From the NCBI GenBank assembly GCA_965637545.1, contig OZ281500.1:2914001-2978000 (forward strand): a stretch of DNA of 64,000 bases. Direction: 5' to 3'. Shown piece after piece: positions 37,901 to 48,033 of this stretch. The notes under the pieces were generated by a model. That model ran no database searches, was not told the DNA's origin, and was given only the letters and a program-made list of their open reading frames with translations. The DNA is from Phallusia mammillata (Eukaryota). Made by a program: the position numbers and the translations under genes. How positions within the stretch are numbered: position 1 is the stretch's first letter; every line of letters starts with the position of its first letter.

Positions 37901-40900
37901 GTTCTAAATAAATGTGTTGCAAAAAGGTTAAATGCAGTTTTAACAGAACCAAACTTGCTAAAAAGTTAATTCACCTAAACATAAACCACACAAACAATGT
38001 TGAACTAAAAACAATTAATCAGTCTTCTTCTGCTTCATAAACCATTAACAATATTTCTTTCCGTCAAATCCTTCTAGGAAAAAAGGCCAGTGTGGCACAA
38101 ACTGATCAGTTGTATCTGAAAACAAACAGATGAGTAAACATTTGTCTATCTGTTTGTAAATGTGTATATTGGCAGAAATTATACTTTTACAATTAAAAAA
38201 TACCTTCATTTGCAGTGTTTCCAAGATAGGTAACACAATGTTTTACAGCATCAGCCAGTTTTTAAAGTGATGACCTATCCTGAACCTCTTTTTTACTGGT
38301 GTTTGATGCTTTACTGTTAAAAGTATTTTGTAAAGTTTTTAGAAATACGAGAAACCAATGTTTGCTATCCTTTTTCCGTTTATATTTTTTTATCTCCTAA
38401 ATACAAGCTTGGCTGTGTTTACATTTTCACCTGCACATATGCAAGGCAATATCAGTTTTATAATTATATTCCTACAAGTTTCCAAAATGCATAAACAAAC
38501 TTACCACATATATTACCTTTCAAAATTATTTTCTTCCAGGCATTTTCAACCATGTCTTGCGGGTAGGCTTGAAAGCCTTGAACACATACAAAATAATTTA
38601 ACAATTCCTGATTGCTGTAAATTGACAAAACCATGCTGAATAGTGAATACAAGTCATATTTTGCTGAACTGTAGGGCAACTTCAGAACAATGAAATGGTT
38701 TCGTGGGAGCACCAAAACGAATACGAACTAGAGCAGCGGGATACGAAAAATTCATTAAACACGAACAAAGGCTATCAGGAAAGTAAACGGGTGCATGCCC
38801 AAAAGCAACTGTGCACAATTGATGTGCGATCGCTGATGTTCAAGTGCCTGCCATCATTGCAATAGAGGACATTAAATTGGTATTTCGGTTTTCTTGACTT
38901 AAAAAAATAGAACTACATGTATGTTTCTTGCCCGAAAATCACTATACATTACACACGTGATATACATTTCGCCCAGCAAGTAAAGTTCCTGAACATCAGA
39001 AGTTCACAATTCCAAACTGCGCTGGCTTGCCGGCGTGAGCTAAATCAAATTTATTTAGTCAGCGCTCACGCGCTCGGCAAAACGCGAGCGTGGTTTCAAG
39101 CTCTGCGCCACGTTGTGGGCGAAATCTCACGCTTTGCAGCCGAGTCGAAAGCGTACGCTCGCGCGCCGGCGTTTTACGCTGGCTATAAAAGAACAAACCA
39201 ACTATGCGCTGGCGCGCGAGCGTGTGTGTGGATCTAGCCTTACCTGGCGTTTATCAATGATACAGAATGAGTTATCTACATATCGTCGCCAGAACCATGG
39301 TGGTTTAGCAAAAGTTTGCAAGGCACGTTCCTCCACCGACCCAGTGATCATGTTGACAACGGCCACTGACACAAATCTCAAGCTCCAGACGTATGTCGTC
39401 ATAAGTGGATGTGGTCCTGTCTTTAAGGCTAGATCCACACAGGATTTCTCGCGGGCTTAGCGTACGCCCATGAGCTGCCCCGCTGGCGCAGTGACGTACA
39501 CACAGACATAAAACTCAAGCTTGCGCGCTGGCGTTCTGGCTCACACAGCCGCACTTTTACTATGGAGAATGTTTGGCTATAAATAAAGTTTATTCTTTCT
39601 ATCCTTATTATTTATTATAATTTGAATTTAGTTCAGTCTGGTATACTTATAACAGTGGTTGAGGAAGTTTGCATTGGCAAAATCAACATGTGTTTTGCTA
39701 CCAATAAACATAGTTCAAAGTAATGCTCCAATTTGTTTTATTTGCAACAGGTGTTATTCATGACATCATGAAATAGGCAACTTGGTAGTTTCAAATAAAT
39801 GTGTTGCAAAAAGGTTAAATGCAGTTTTAACAAACCAAACTTGCTAAAAAGTTAATTCACCTAAACATAAACCACACAAACAATGTTGAACTAAAAACAA
39901 TTATATAATCAGTCTTCTTCTGCTTCATAAACCATTTACAATATTTCTTTCCATCAAATCCTTCTAGGGAAAAGGCCAGTGTGGCACAAACTGATCATTT
40001 GTATCTCAAAACAAACAGATGAGTAAACATTTGTCTTAACTGTTTATAAAGGTGTACTTTGGCAGAATTTTTACAATTAAAAAATACCTTCATTTGCAGT
40101 GTTTCCAAGATAGGTAACACAATGTTTTACAGCATCAGTCGGTTTTTAGGGTGATGACCTACCCTGAACCCCTGTTTACTGGTGTTCCATGTTTTTCTGT
40201 TAAAAGTATATTGTAAAGTTTTTAGAAATAAAAGAGACCAATGTTTGCTTTCCCTTTTCCGTTTATATTTTATAAACTCTTAAATACAAGCTTGGCTGTG
40301 TTTACATTTTCACCTGCACATATACAAGGCAATGTCAGTTTTATAATTATATTCCTACAAAGTTTCCAAAATGCATAAACAAACTTACCACATAAAAGTT
40401 TACTTTTCAAAATTATTTTCTTCCAGGCATTTTCAACCATGTCTTTCGGGTAGGCTTGAACACATACAATATAATTTAACAATTCCTGATTGCTGTACAT
40501 TGATAAAACTATGCTGAATAGTGAATACAATCTTATTATTTTGCTGAACTGTAGGGCTACTTCAGAACAATGAAATGGTTTCGTGGGAGCACAAAAACGA
40601 ATACGAACTAGAGCAGCGGGATACGAAAAATTCATTAAACACGAACAAAGGCTATCAGGGAAGTTACCGGGTGCGTGCCCCCAAAAGCAACTGTGCACAA
40701 TTAATGTGTGATCAAGTGCCTGCCATCATTGCAATAGAGGACATTCAAATTGCTACTTCGGTTTTCTTGACTTAAAAAATAGAACTACATATATATTTCT
40801 TGCCCGAAAATCACTATACATTACACACATGATATACATTTTGCTCAGCAAGTAAAGTTCCTGAACATCAGAAGTTCACAATTCAAAACTGCGCTGGCTT

Positions 40901-42958
40901 ACCGGCGTGAGCTAAATCAAATTTATTTAGCCAGCGCTCGCGCGCTCAGCAAAACGCGAGCGTGGTTTCAAGCTCCGCGCCACCTTGCGGGCGAAATCTC
41001 ACCCTTTGCAGCCGAATCGAAATCGTACGCTCGCGCGCCGGCGTTTTACGCTCGCTATAAAGAAACAAACCAACTATGCGCTGGCGCGCGAGCGTGTGTG
41101 TGGATCTAGCCTAAGGCTGTAATCATCCAGTAGTCTTGACTCGGTTATTTCCAATGCCAGATCGATTGGTACGTTGGTAAACAGTGATGTTACATCAGCG
41201 GTTCCCAAACTGGGGTCCGCGGTCCTTTAGGGGTCCGTGAGGCAATTTTGGGGGGACCGCGAAGCGGTTGAAGTAATTCTATAATCTTATTTGGCGTCAG
41301 TTTGTGCCACTAAAAAGGTTTAAATCAAAGTAGAATTGACTGTCTCCATTGCCAAACAAAGGCCTTTATTGAATGACAACTATCAAAAATGCAATTGTTC
41401 GCGCACAATTGTAATGTTTTTTGTCCTGTTTGTGATGTCACAAGCTGTCTTTGGATGATTGTTATGCGCAAATTTTGCATAACTAGCTAAATAGTGCAAT
41501 CAACTATCGTTTTTATGTAATATACATTTAGGCTCAAGGACCGCGAGCCCTCGAAATAATGGCAAAGGGACCGTTTTGAAAAAATATGAAAAAGTTTGGG
41601 AACCACTGTGTTACATCAAATGAAACCAACTCTTCGTCTTCACACAATGATTGTTGCGCTGTTAAAGCTTTCAGAAACTCTGGAGAATTTCTGACGGTAA
41701 ATTCCGTGTTTTCGACCAACGACGCTAAAAGTCGAGCCAGATATTTGGCTTGGCTGTAAGTTCCAATAACGAAGAGGCACATTTTTCTTGTGGACTTTCG
41801 GCAATCCTTATAGATGTGGGGTTTTATTTTAGCTAATTTATTTTTGACTCCAGAACTACCCCAGAAAACAATACGTGAGTTACATATAAATTCGGAAAAA
41901 CGGCATTGTTGAACACTAAGGACTGCGTTCTATTAAAAACCGTGTCAAAAGGTCATTAGCTTGGGACGTCGGCCAAATTTTTAAGACGTTATTGAAGTAA
42001 AATGAGCTCAAAAATATTACTGCGTAGTGTTACAATCCTTACAGATAATCTTAGTCTCTTTCTTAGTGCAATGGTACTTTCAATTCGAAAAGTCATGGCG
42101 CATAAACTTGTTGAAAATAACTCCTTTTTCTAACATGTAACTTGTCTCACAGCTGGGGTCACAATTCAGTTATCGTTCCATGGGCTTTATGGCGAGTTTT
42201 TCCAGACAAGATTCATGTTGTGAAGGAATTAATATGCCGTCCAAATTGGGAGGAACTACCTTACATTTATCATGACTTATATGATTGGCACAACAACTAC
42301 ATTATGCATCTTTACTCCCGGTAAGCAGATGCTTCAATTGCGTTACGACGCAGATTTTTTTTAGTGTTACATCCGAGAAAAAAATCGATTTCGCACTATA
42401 GAGCTCCACTTAATCTTATCATACAAAATATACTCAAAAAGAGCGCCAGACGATCAGCGTCAGTTTTATCTGTTATCTTGTTGTATGCTTACTACTCTTA
42501 TCTCGTGTTTGTGTACGTGGCAATGATTGTACTTTTTAATGTCAAAAAACAATTTCACCGATGACAAATTTAGATTATTGCATTACTTTCTGCATTTGTG
42601 GCGAAAAAATAGTTTGGTGTGATGCGATAGGCTTTAAAAGTTTGGCAACCATTGTGTTTCATCAAGCTTTGTCTTTATTTTATTGCTTAACATTTGAAGT
42701 AACCGCTCAGGCATTTACAATTCTTCCTAAACGTTAATTAGAAGATTGAACTTATCTTCTCGCTATTTTAGGTTTGTACAGAAGATGGACGGGACAGAGG
42801 AACACACGGTTAAGGAGCTAGCTATCTTGAACACCACATATGGTCAGGTTGCACGACATATACTGTGGGGTGATGAAAAACCACGTGATATTAAAGATTG
42901 GCTTGTCACTTGCAATCAAACGCAAGGACTGCCTGAAATTAAAAGCACCTTTTCTTGA
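19912..42958 (+). CDS. GT32/DxD alpha-1,4-glycosyltransferase-like gene, paralogue 2, complete, 7 coding exons, 418 aa (A4GALT/A4GNT-related family)
   Basis: Exons 19912-20310, 24826-24932, 26897-27059, 27735-27885, 28479-28560, 42153-42320 and 42772-42958 splice in frame. N-terminal signal-anchor ([19 protein letters not shown]), [11 protein letters not shown], and GGIYLDTD DxD motif. The exon 1 donor (ACG|GTACTA) is weak but phase-consistent. Confidence 0.87.
20420..20600. mobile_element. hAT-type MITE (CAGTGGTGGGATTC family)
   Basis: CAG...CTG TIRs and a degenerate 8-bp TSD (GCCTTAGG/GCCTTATA); same family as 63537-63716. Confidence 0.7.
21080..21131 (+). ncRNA. Type I hammerhead ribozyme, core-mutant copy (GAAA changed to AAAA)
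   Basis: agctgca-CTGATGA-gacc ttata ggtc-AAAA-cagt gtgc actg-TC-tgcagct; differs from the 56407-56458 copy at conserved G12 (position 21107). Confidence 0.8.
22326..24540 (-). mobile_element. Decayed APE-type non-LTR retrotransposon (LINE), 3'-truncated
   Basis: Endonuclease remnant KILSLNIEG...VDIALLQET near 24200-24316; RT remnant [20 protein letters not shown] in ORF 22358-22900; many stops and frameshifts. Boundaries are approximate. Confidence 0.78.
25294..25820. repeat. AT-rich minisatellite, ~8-9 units of ~59-64 bp
   Basis: The recurring AATT(A/C)GAAAT..AACAG..AG.AA...TTTAATTT unit recurs at ~25321, 25380, 25444, 25508, 25570, 25631, 25695 and 25758. Confidence 0.85.
26049..26124 (+). 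repeat. Four perfect tandem copies of TGG + ATTCTATTTGAATAAG (ascidian spliced leader)
   Basis: SL copies at 26052-67, 26071-86, 26090-105 and 26109-24 are identical to the published Ciona 16-nt SL. None is followed by a GT donor, so this is not an SL RNA gene. Confidence 0.9.
28593..28727 (-). repeat. LTR 3'-end fragment related to the solo LTR at 25163-26339, cut by the Gypsy insertion
   Basis: Its reverse complement shares GATTATACAAGTGGTGTTTTCTGGAGTTTAT...GCAGCAGTTTGAAC and the terminus CTTGAA.ACCGCGC.AG..CCCGCA with 26182-26339. Confidence 0.65.
28942..32694 (-). CDS. LINE ORF2: APE endonuclease - reverse transcriptase - C-terminal Cys/His finger, intact 1250 aa
   Basis: SFNVGG...FLQETH, GGDFN, SDH; [15 protein letters not shown]; [18 protein letters not shown]. 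Confidence 0.95.
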   Translation of the reverse strand: MMSVLNVASFNVGGIRNHKKRKTIFHFLKRKAFHIMFLQETHCSINEEKLWELEWGNKIVWAHGSTRSKGVAILLTKNFLHSPKVVEVEPEGRYVFIDLEYNNRELKLCNLYAPNNDDPVFFDTLFAKVGEEDHSNLIIGGDFNVTLQDNLDKSQGPPNPNRNSRNSILSHMESFNLCDVFRKMHPTTKRFSRVQLNPLVATRIDLFLLSEYLNNKVTSADIVQGVKSDHKIVSFSLKFSQTVRGKGYWKLNTNLLSDKRFISIIQKTIQDYKINNAQCDTNPHIRWDALKAVIRGETIKYSIKVKRKNSAKQRKLESEIEKLEQEITQGNPELIEKLTKLKIELDILIEAQTKGAMVRSRAKWAEKGERNTKYFLNLEKRHALKKSIDQLKIDNNACLDQKVILDELVKFFEHLYQQPDSHYATSEVTSRLLKLNLPTLNQSQFENSELPISENELYASLKSMPRNKSPGPDGYPVEFYETFWNDLKDMFKDAWTYSAQVGHFSPTQCQGVVTLIPKPNKDKQLITNYRPITLLNADYKIVSKVINNRIKSNLDHLVNRDQNGFIKGRFIGDNIRLLFDVIDLADNQQYPGAILSLDMYKAFDTIEWRFIYAALKTFGFGNNVLHWVQCCYSNPTSTIINNNFLSRQISIKRGVRQGDPLSPTLFVLAIECLAAAMRKDDEVGIHLLGNDFKVSLLADDTLVFFKGEPNNFDRAFAILNEFGFMSGCKINIKKSLAFYIGSKRSSQIKPYLDKGLTWPETSFRYLGIEFPVNGSPKELFDLNFTGIIKKTKTILNIWSSRGLTLIGRVCILKSLAIPTLTYKVNVVPIALPSAFLKDLKRTMFKFIWNSKWEKVKRTKLCGKIEAGGINMLDLDAYLVSLGVKWVSRLFDDSYTSPWKTIETSLANSRVFNSWLSSNISPTSKAYIKSIPLRTLRKAVSDCKLFAKLTRLPTNISRPLWLNKEIKYRSNAFYIPTLIRAGLLSYYDLINKEGHYMTYDDLALRFNFTPTNHGFIEFIRLVSAIPANWDELDKHASQENVQKTPFWLNTITKLSEVKQAYLHVTDYTTESPLHQQEIWERDLDTGTNIPNWEHIYINNYICTIETKLRAFQMKLNLRAIITNDKLYTVGIVPSQQCVFCKDSPETLLHLFYSCTVTAKYWENVTAWISSKLLIDVRPRAILCLFGTDDQELLLNCILLCARYVIFQSKYAQSKPTLQRFIYSLKTLKHSEFLLAIKTNKRPDFLRKWSGL
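32733..34070 (-). pseudogene. LINE ORF1 (RRM-like region, CCHC knuckle, Cys-rich C-terminal extension), disrupted
   Basis: [15 protein letters not shown]... stops after GWVP (~33738, apparent small deletion). It resumes TVEHYGKV..., shifts frame in a T-run (~33675), then continues MRILTM...[14 protein letters not shown]... Confidence 0.82.
34176..34811 (+). CDS. Gypsy (CsRn1-like) Gag
   Basis: AVSLKLPTF...[13 protein letters not shown] knuckle; the track ORF runs on into the inserted HP1 fragment. Confidence 0.85.
34828..35172 (-). pseudogene. HP1: 5' fragment of an HP1/CBX mRNA (chromodomain + hinge), inserted in the Gypsy gag-pro junction
   Basis: [31 protein letters not shown] / [38 protein letters not shown]. 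There is a +1 frameshift in an A-run and a premature stop. Flanked by the near-perfect 16-bp repeat CCAGATTGG(A/C)TGCGAC. Confidence 0.88.
37331..39239. mobile_element. Rearranged Harbinger-like non-autonomous element with a 163-bp fold-back at its left end
   Basis: Homologous to 39427-41111; right TIR GTGTGGATCTAGCC followed by TTA. Arms 37331-37493 and 37608-37770 are inverted repeats. Confidence 0.75.
39427..41111. mobile_element. PIF/Harbinger-type non-autonomous element (1685 bp)
   Basis: 14-bp TIRs GGCTAGATCCACAC/GTGTGGATCTAGCC and a 3-bp TAA TSD on both sides. Confidence 0.88.
41196..41608. mobile_element. hAT-type MITE
   Basis: TIR CAG(C/T)GGTTCCCAAAC; perfect 8-bp TSD TGTTACAT. Confidence 0.88.
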
Positions 42959-43242
42959 AGCTGAAACTTTTTACCTTGCAATGCATTTAGAATACACACG
43001 TTAACCAAAGTTTTTTAGTTTACTGTTCAATTGCCAGTTGGGCAAAACTGTATGCAGTTTTTTTGGAGTTTTAAGACAAGAAAACACAATTCACAATACA
43101 ATTTTTAACACAATACAATTTTTTTTTAAATTTAAACTTTTGCAATGTAGAAATTAAAAATAGCATTGACAAAAAATGGAAAATAATTTCTTCCCCTTTT
43201 TTAAACATAAAAAACAACGAATAAAAATCTTTTTATCTATTA

Positions 43243-43477
43243 CAGTGGTCGGCAACCGCCGGTCCGCGGCCCGGTACCGGTCCGCGAGGAGTTCGTTACC
43301 GGGCCGTATAATTTTTCAGGTTAAATGCTGTTAAACATTTTGCCCATGTATCCCGGGGATGATAAACTAATTTAAGAGTTTTTATTGCTAAATATTTGTA
43401 GTGTTTTGAAGACCGGTCCGCGATAAAATTTTAGTTTCAAAACCGGTCCGCAGTGCAAAAAAGGTTGCCGACCCCTG
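43243..43477. mobile_element. hAT-type MITE
   Basis: TIR CAG(T/G)GGTCGGCAACC; perfect 8-bp TSD ATCTATTA. Confidence 0.88.
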
Positions 43478-43777
43478 ATCTATTAGACACATGGTATTTT
43501 CTTCATGTTTGTTTTAATGTATTCGGGATTACCGAGTTTCTGCTTTCGGATGATGTAAGTTACACTCGCAAACAAAAAGTGGAATTTTGATATAGTCTCA
43601 CAAATATTGCTTTGAAAGGGAGGTTTTGATATAATCTCACATTTCAATATTGCTCGTGTTAGGAAATCGCGTGCTCGTTTGTAGTAAGTTGGTAGCACTT
43701 GTTAACTGTTTACTTTCTCTTGTCTGTCGTTGCAGGCAATTCTGCCATATCCACGCTTACTGATTATGTGCCTATAG

Positions 43778-44088
43778 CAGGGGTTCCCAACCTTTTTACG
43801 ATCTCGTACCACTTGGACGCTCTGCACTGCCACGCGTACCACTTCTTGCAGAACAACTAATTTGATCGAATCATATTTTATTCAGAATAATAATATTGGT
43901 CTACTAAAATAACACTAAAACACCACAACTGAATTGAATGAGATTTTGGTTTTTGTTTACTGTAAACAAAATATAAAGTTGTGAAACCAGGCTTTTGTGA
44001 AAAAAAAAAAACGGAAGCTACTCGCGTACCACCTGAAAAACCTTCGCTTACCACTAGTGGTACGCGTACCACAGGTTGGGAAACCCTG
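43778..44088. mobile_element. hAT-type MITE
   Basis: CAGGG..TCCCAACC TIRs; perfect 8-bp TSD GCCTATAG. Confidence 0.88.
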
Positions 44089-44438
44089 GCCTATAGTCAT
44101 CAATGATTAAGTATCGCATGTCACGAACCAATGTACTTGTTTCTCTGCTTGACTAACAACACACCCTAATTTGCTGTGTATGAACTTCGCTGTCTATGTT
44201 CAAGAGTCCTCATTATTAAAAACTTTTTTTTTTCTGTGGCGCATTCTGTTGATTTTTTTACCCGCTGTCTTATTTTTTTATTAATACTTGTATTAAGTGT
44301 ATTAAGCTTCTATGCTAAATGAATGTTTGTGTTCTTATTTTCACTAGCTTCGGTGTCTGCTGTATTGTTCTGTCAGTTGGCTTTATATAATTTGCGCTAA
44401 ACCGGACACAGCTTAAAACAGTTGCTAATGCTCTAGCC

Positions 44439-44733
44439 CAGTGGTTCTCAACCTTTTTTCTTTCGTGGCCCACTTTCATTGCAAAAAATTCTGTGGCCCA
44501 GTAATTTTTTAAGATAGAAAGAAATCAACTATAAAATAGGTTCCGAACAAAAAACAAAACAAAAATATTCCTTCTCAATTCCTCCCCAAGCCATTATTCT
44601 TGTAAAATTGAGTGTAGTGACACAAATGAAAGTAAATTCTCAAAAAAAGCTTTCTATTTGGTTGGTCTGTGGCCCAATCAAAATGCTTCCATGGCCCACC
44701 AGAGGGCCATGGCCCACTGGTTGAGAACCACTG
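44439..44733. mobile_element. hAT-type MITE
   Basis: TIR CAGTGGTTCTCAACC; perfect 8-bp TSD CTCTAGCC. Confidence 0.9.
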
Positions 44734-45308
44734 CTCTAGCCTACTCGATAGAACAGATGGCGCATTCTGTTCATTTTTTTACCCACTGTCTATTTTTCCT
44801 ACTGATATTTAGCACTGTATTAAGCTTCTATGCTAAATGAATGTTTGTGTTGTTTTGTGAATATATTTTCACTAGCAACGGTGTTTGCTGTATTGTTCTA
44901 TCAGTCTACTTTATCTAATTTGCGCTAAACCTGACAAAGCTGAAAACTGTGGCAAAGGTCTATGCTGAAGGTAGGTAAAAACGCCCAGTTGAAGCGATAA
45001 TCACAACCTTTTCATGGTTTGACTTCTGCTGACTAAACCATGCTAATGCTGGGATAGTTGTCGATTTTATTGATGTTATGCTGTTTCCATGGTTTTAAAT
45101 TCTTAAAGTGATTTTTTTTAATTGACATATTCAATCGATAGCGTTCATAGCAAAGGAATATATCGAATTACTGCTATTGCATTTTTATCACTCTCGCAAG
45201 TTACACCTGCTTTTATTCACTTGTTCTATTGTGTTTTGTTGGTTCGATCACCCAGAGGCTAAAGTCGTTTTATTTTCTCGTTTTTGTCCCCTTATAGCTT
45301 ATGATAAC

Positions 45309-48030
45309 TGTTGCGCTGTCTTTTAATTGGTAGAGGGCGTGACTCTATGCGCTCAGACAGCACAGCAGGGGTGATCGCTTAAATTCCTAGAACGATTCTC
45401 AGCGCGCCTTTCCTCGCGCTCAACAAATCCAAGGCACCAAGAGCCAAAATAACGAATTCTTTTATTAAGGCAATTTAGGACAGAGATGGCGCTCGAGGGT
45501 TCAGCAGCAAGACGAGCACAAGGGCAAATGCGGTTTCTGCAAATATGCACTAATTTAGTTAAGGAAACAGACGAGAAATTATCAGTAGTTTACTCTTACC
45601 GAACTATTATAGGACCAGAGTCACAGTAACATTCAAAGCGATCAGGAGATTTTAGGTTCTGCAAATACAGCATCAAATTCAATAAACATCACCAAAACAC
45701 ATTAGTAACGAACTGCGAGACTTTAAGCAACAAGGCTTACCGGAAAAATACAATTATTTACAGCAAACAGCAAGTTGGCTGACGACGGTGGGATCCGTGG
45801 GCCAGAAATGCACAAATTACACATTGGACGACCGGCAACAGTTCAGTTAGCACAAATTTCCTATTCGTTAGCAAAGAAACAAACATAACCGGTCAATTAG
45901 ATAAAGCATGCTGCCTCTATAACATCCAGTCGCTAATAAACACGAGGCAGTCACGCTTACAAGTTGGGACTTCAGTAAAACAATGCCAAGGTTGTGACAT
46001 CATAAGCACCAAATGTGTGACAGACAATGTCACCAGGTTGCACAACATTGCGCCATACAAGTGAGTTAAGGCTACTGGCGGGAAACATAGAAAACATAAT
46101 AATACGTACGATGGCGATGTAACACTCCCCCACAAAATGTGGGACACATTTTCAAACACAACATCGCCAATCGCGCGCGCATCGCAATGCGGCAAAAACA
46201 ACGTCGGACAGTCCTCAACACCAGCGCACCGCACAGTCAACTCGGCGTTCATCCCAGAAGTCTGGGCTGCAATCACTCGGAGGGGTTGATGCCGAACTCT
46301 CAACAGAATCAATAATGTGGTCAAGTCCTTCAACCGGACGCCGGAGCGTACGGCCGCTCGCCAGTGCGAGCTCGATATTACCTCCTCGAAATCCACCAGG
46401 ATTGGCACGAAAGATGAGCTTCTCACTGAAGTGGCAACGGGAATCATAGACCAGTGGAACAATGTCGTCACCACAAGACGATCGCAGATCACACAACCAG
46501 GACCCAAACATGGGCACTTTCATCCCATGAGGCGTCGGAGAGCAACATGAATTTCCATCAGGCCATAAATGAAAACAAATTCTGTCAACATTCGGAGGCT
46601 CCACAGCACAACCCAAGTGAGGACCCAGCACTTCAGCGTTATCAGGACAGACCTTTGGGCTCCTGGCACAACAGTAACGCTGCCTGTCTAGCTTGTTCTC
46701 ACTCGAATTCAAGTTGCACGGCAAACACAAAAATTGCCCGGGAGTAGAAACCTCTTCAGCACGACCCTTGGAATTGTAAGTCTGCATCGTATCAACATCC
46801 TTTTCACACAAGCCTTCGCTGTGTATACCGGCGAGACGCTTGTCTACCATTGAGCGGTCAGCTGACAGCGTTTCTGTACGACCCTTCCGTGACAACGGAA
46901 GTTTTAAACGTTTATCGCGGTGCTTGACAGACCCCTTTATTGAATCCTGGGCGATCCGGTCCTTGCTAGATGTGGGCCCACCGAGAGCTGACGTCCAGTC
47001 GCTATATTCACTTTTCCTCTCCTGTTGGTGCATAACCTTGGCCACTCTCATGCATTGGACGTCGGTCTTGTTCGTAGCGGACGAACTAACTTCGGGACCA
47101 AAAAGTGACCACCCAAGGGGTGTCTTTAGAGCACACGGACCTTGTGGACCAGAGCACGTACAGAGGACGTTGAAGGCAGCCGGGACGTCAGCGCCAATGA
47201 GGATGGTGACCGTTCCTCCTTTCACACGGGGCAGGCTGCAACCTTGAAGGTGTGAATACTCATGAAGAACACTTGGCGCTGGATTACAATTGGGCGACAC
47301 AGGAATTTTGTCAATGGATATAACCTCACTCAGCTTTAGAGGTTCTCCTCCATCAAATGGCATGACAGTTAAGGACACCGTGGAACCTTGATACACTCGG
47401 GATTTGTCAGTGAGTGTACTCAAGCAGATTTTTCGACCTTTACGCTGCAGGCCAAGTTTGTCAATTAGTCGTTGTTCGCAAAATGTAGAAGTAGAGCCCT
47501 GGTCAAGGAAGGCATATGTGTGTACCTCAATTCCGTTGTGTCTGACCTTTACCGGAACGATATTGAGGTAGACCCCGCAGTTATTGTTGGACGCATTCGA
47601 AGCCGACCCCGTTCGCGGCGTCGTTTCCATGGCAGAGTTTGTCGAATTTTTGAAAGCTGGCCTTCTCTTGAAGGTTCCATGCAACTTCGTGTGATGATAG
47701 TTACCAGCGCAACCCTCAACGGAGCACGATTTCCGAATCGGACATTTTCGACAACGATGACCCGAACAAAGACATTTGAAACAAAGGCTATTTGAGCGCA
47801 CAAACTCACGACGCCTGAGCAATGTCATTTTGTCGAATTCCGGGCACACGGACAATTCATGTGACTGCTTGCAACAGACACACGAAACAAGAATTGGCGA
47901 ATTCTTAGAACGTGCCCTGTCGAACTTCGATAATGAGATGCTGTATGCCGCGGCCCTTGAACTTTTTTTTTTCCGAATTGTTTATGCAACTTCGTGGCCC
48001 TCTGCTAAAAAACCGCCACTGTATATTTAG
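45309..48030 (-). mobile_element. BEL/Pao element #3: internally deleted, 5'-truncated derivative with its 3' LTR
   Basis: ORF 46215-47855 has BEL knuckles, protease YAFLDQGS, LKTPLGW, an eroded RT N-terminus and the IN tail (TLRRPV). PPT gtgggggag precedes an LTR at ~46124-45309 (TGTTACA...GCAACA on -). Confidence 0.82.
46215..47855 (-). CDS. BEL #3 Gag-protease fused to eroded RT/IN remnants (546 aa open)
   Basis: Collinear with the BEL #1 protein up to about FHLWPDG...MFG; no YxDD, RNase H or DDE core. Confidence 0.7.
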   Translation of the reverse strand: MSVCPEFDKMTLLRRREFVRSNSLCFKCLCSGHRCRKCPIRKSCSVEGCAGNYHHTKLHGTFKRRPAFKNSTNSAMETTPRTGSASNASNNNCGVYLNIVPVKVRHNGIEVHTYAFLDQGSTSTFCEQRLIDKLGLQRKGRKICLSTLTDKSRVYQGSTVSLTVMPFDGGEPLKLSEVISIDKIPVSPNCNPAPSVLHEYSHLQGCSLPRVKGGTVTILIGADVPAAFNVLCTCSGPQGPCALKTPLGWSLFGPEVSSSATNKTDVQCMRVAKVMHQQERKSEYSDWTSALGGPTSSKDRIAQDSIKGSVKHRDKRLKLPLSRKGRTETLSADRSMVDKRLAGIHSEGLCEKDVDTMQTYNSKGRAEEVSTPGQFLCLPCNLNSSENKLDRQRYCCARSPKVCPDNAEVLGPHLGCAVEPPNVDRICFHLWPDGNSCCSPTPHGMKVPMFGSWLCDLRSSCGDDIVPLVYDSRCHFSEKLIFRANPGGFRGGNIELALASGRTLRRPVEGLDHIIDSVESSASTPPSDCSPDFWDERRVDCAVRWC

Positions 48031-48033
48031 TTT

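Larger units (their letters stand above)
39243..41790 (-). mobile_element. Penelope-like (PLE) reverse transcriptase remnant, split by two DNA transposons
   Basis: Three pieces: 41617-41790 (...[10 protein letters not shown]), 41115-41195 ([15 protein letters not shown]) and 39243-39423 ([27 protein letters not shown]). They rejoin across the TSDs. Confidence 0.8.
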
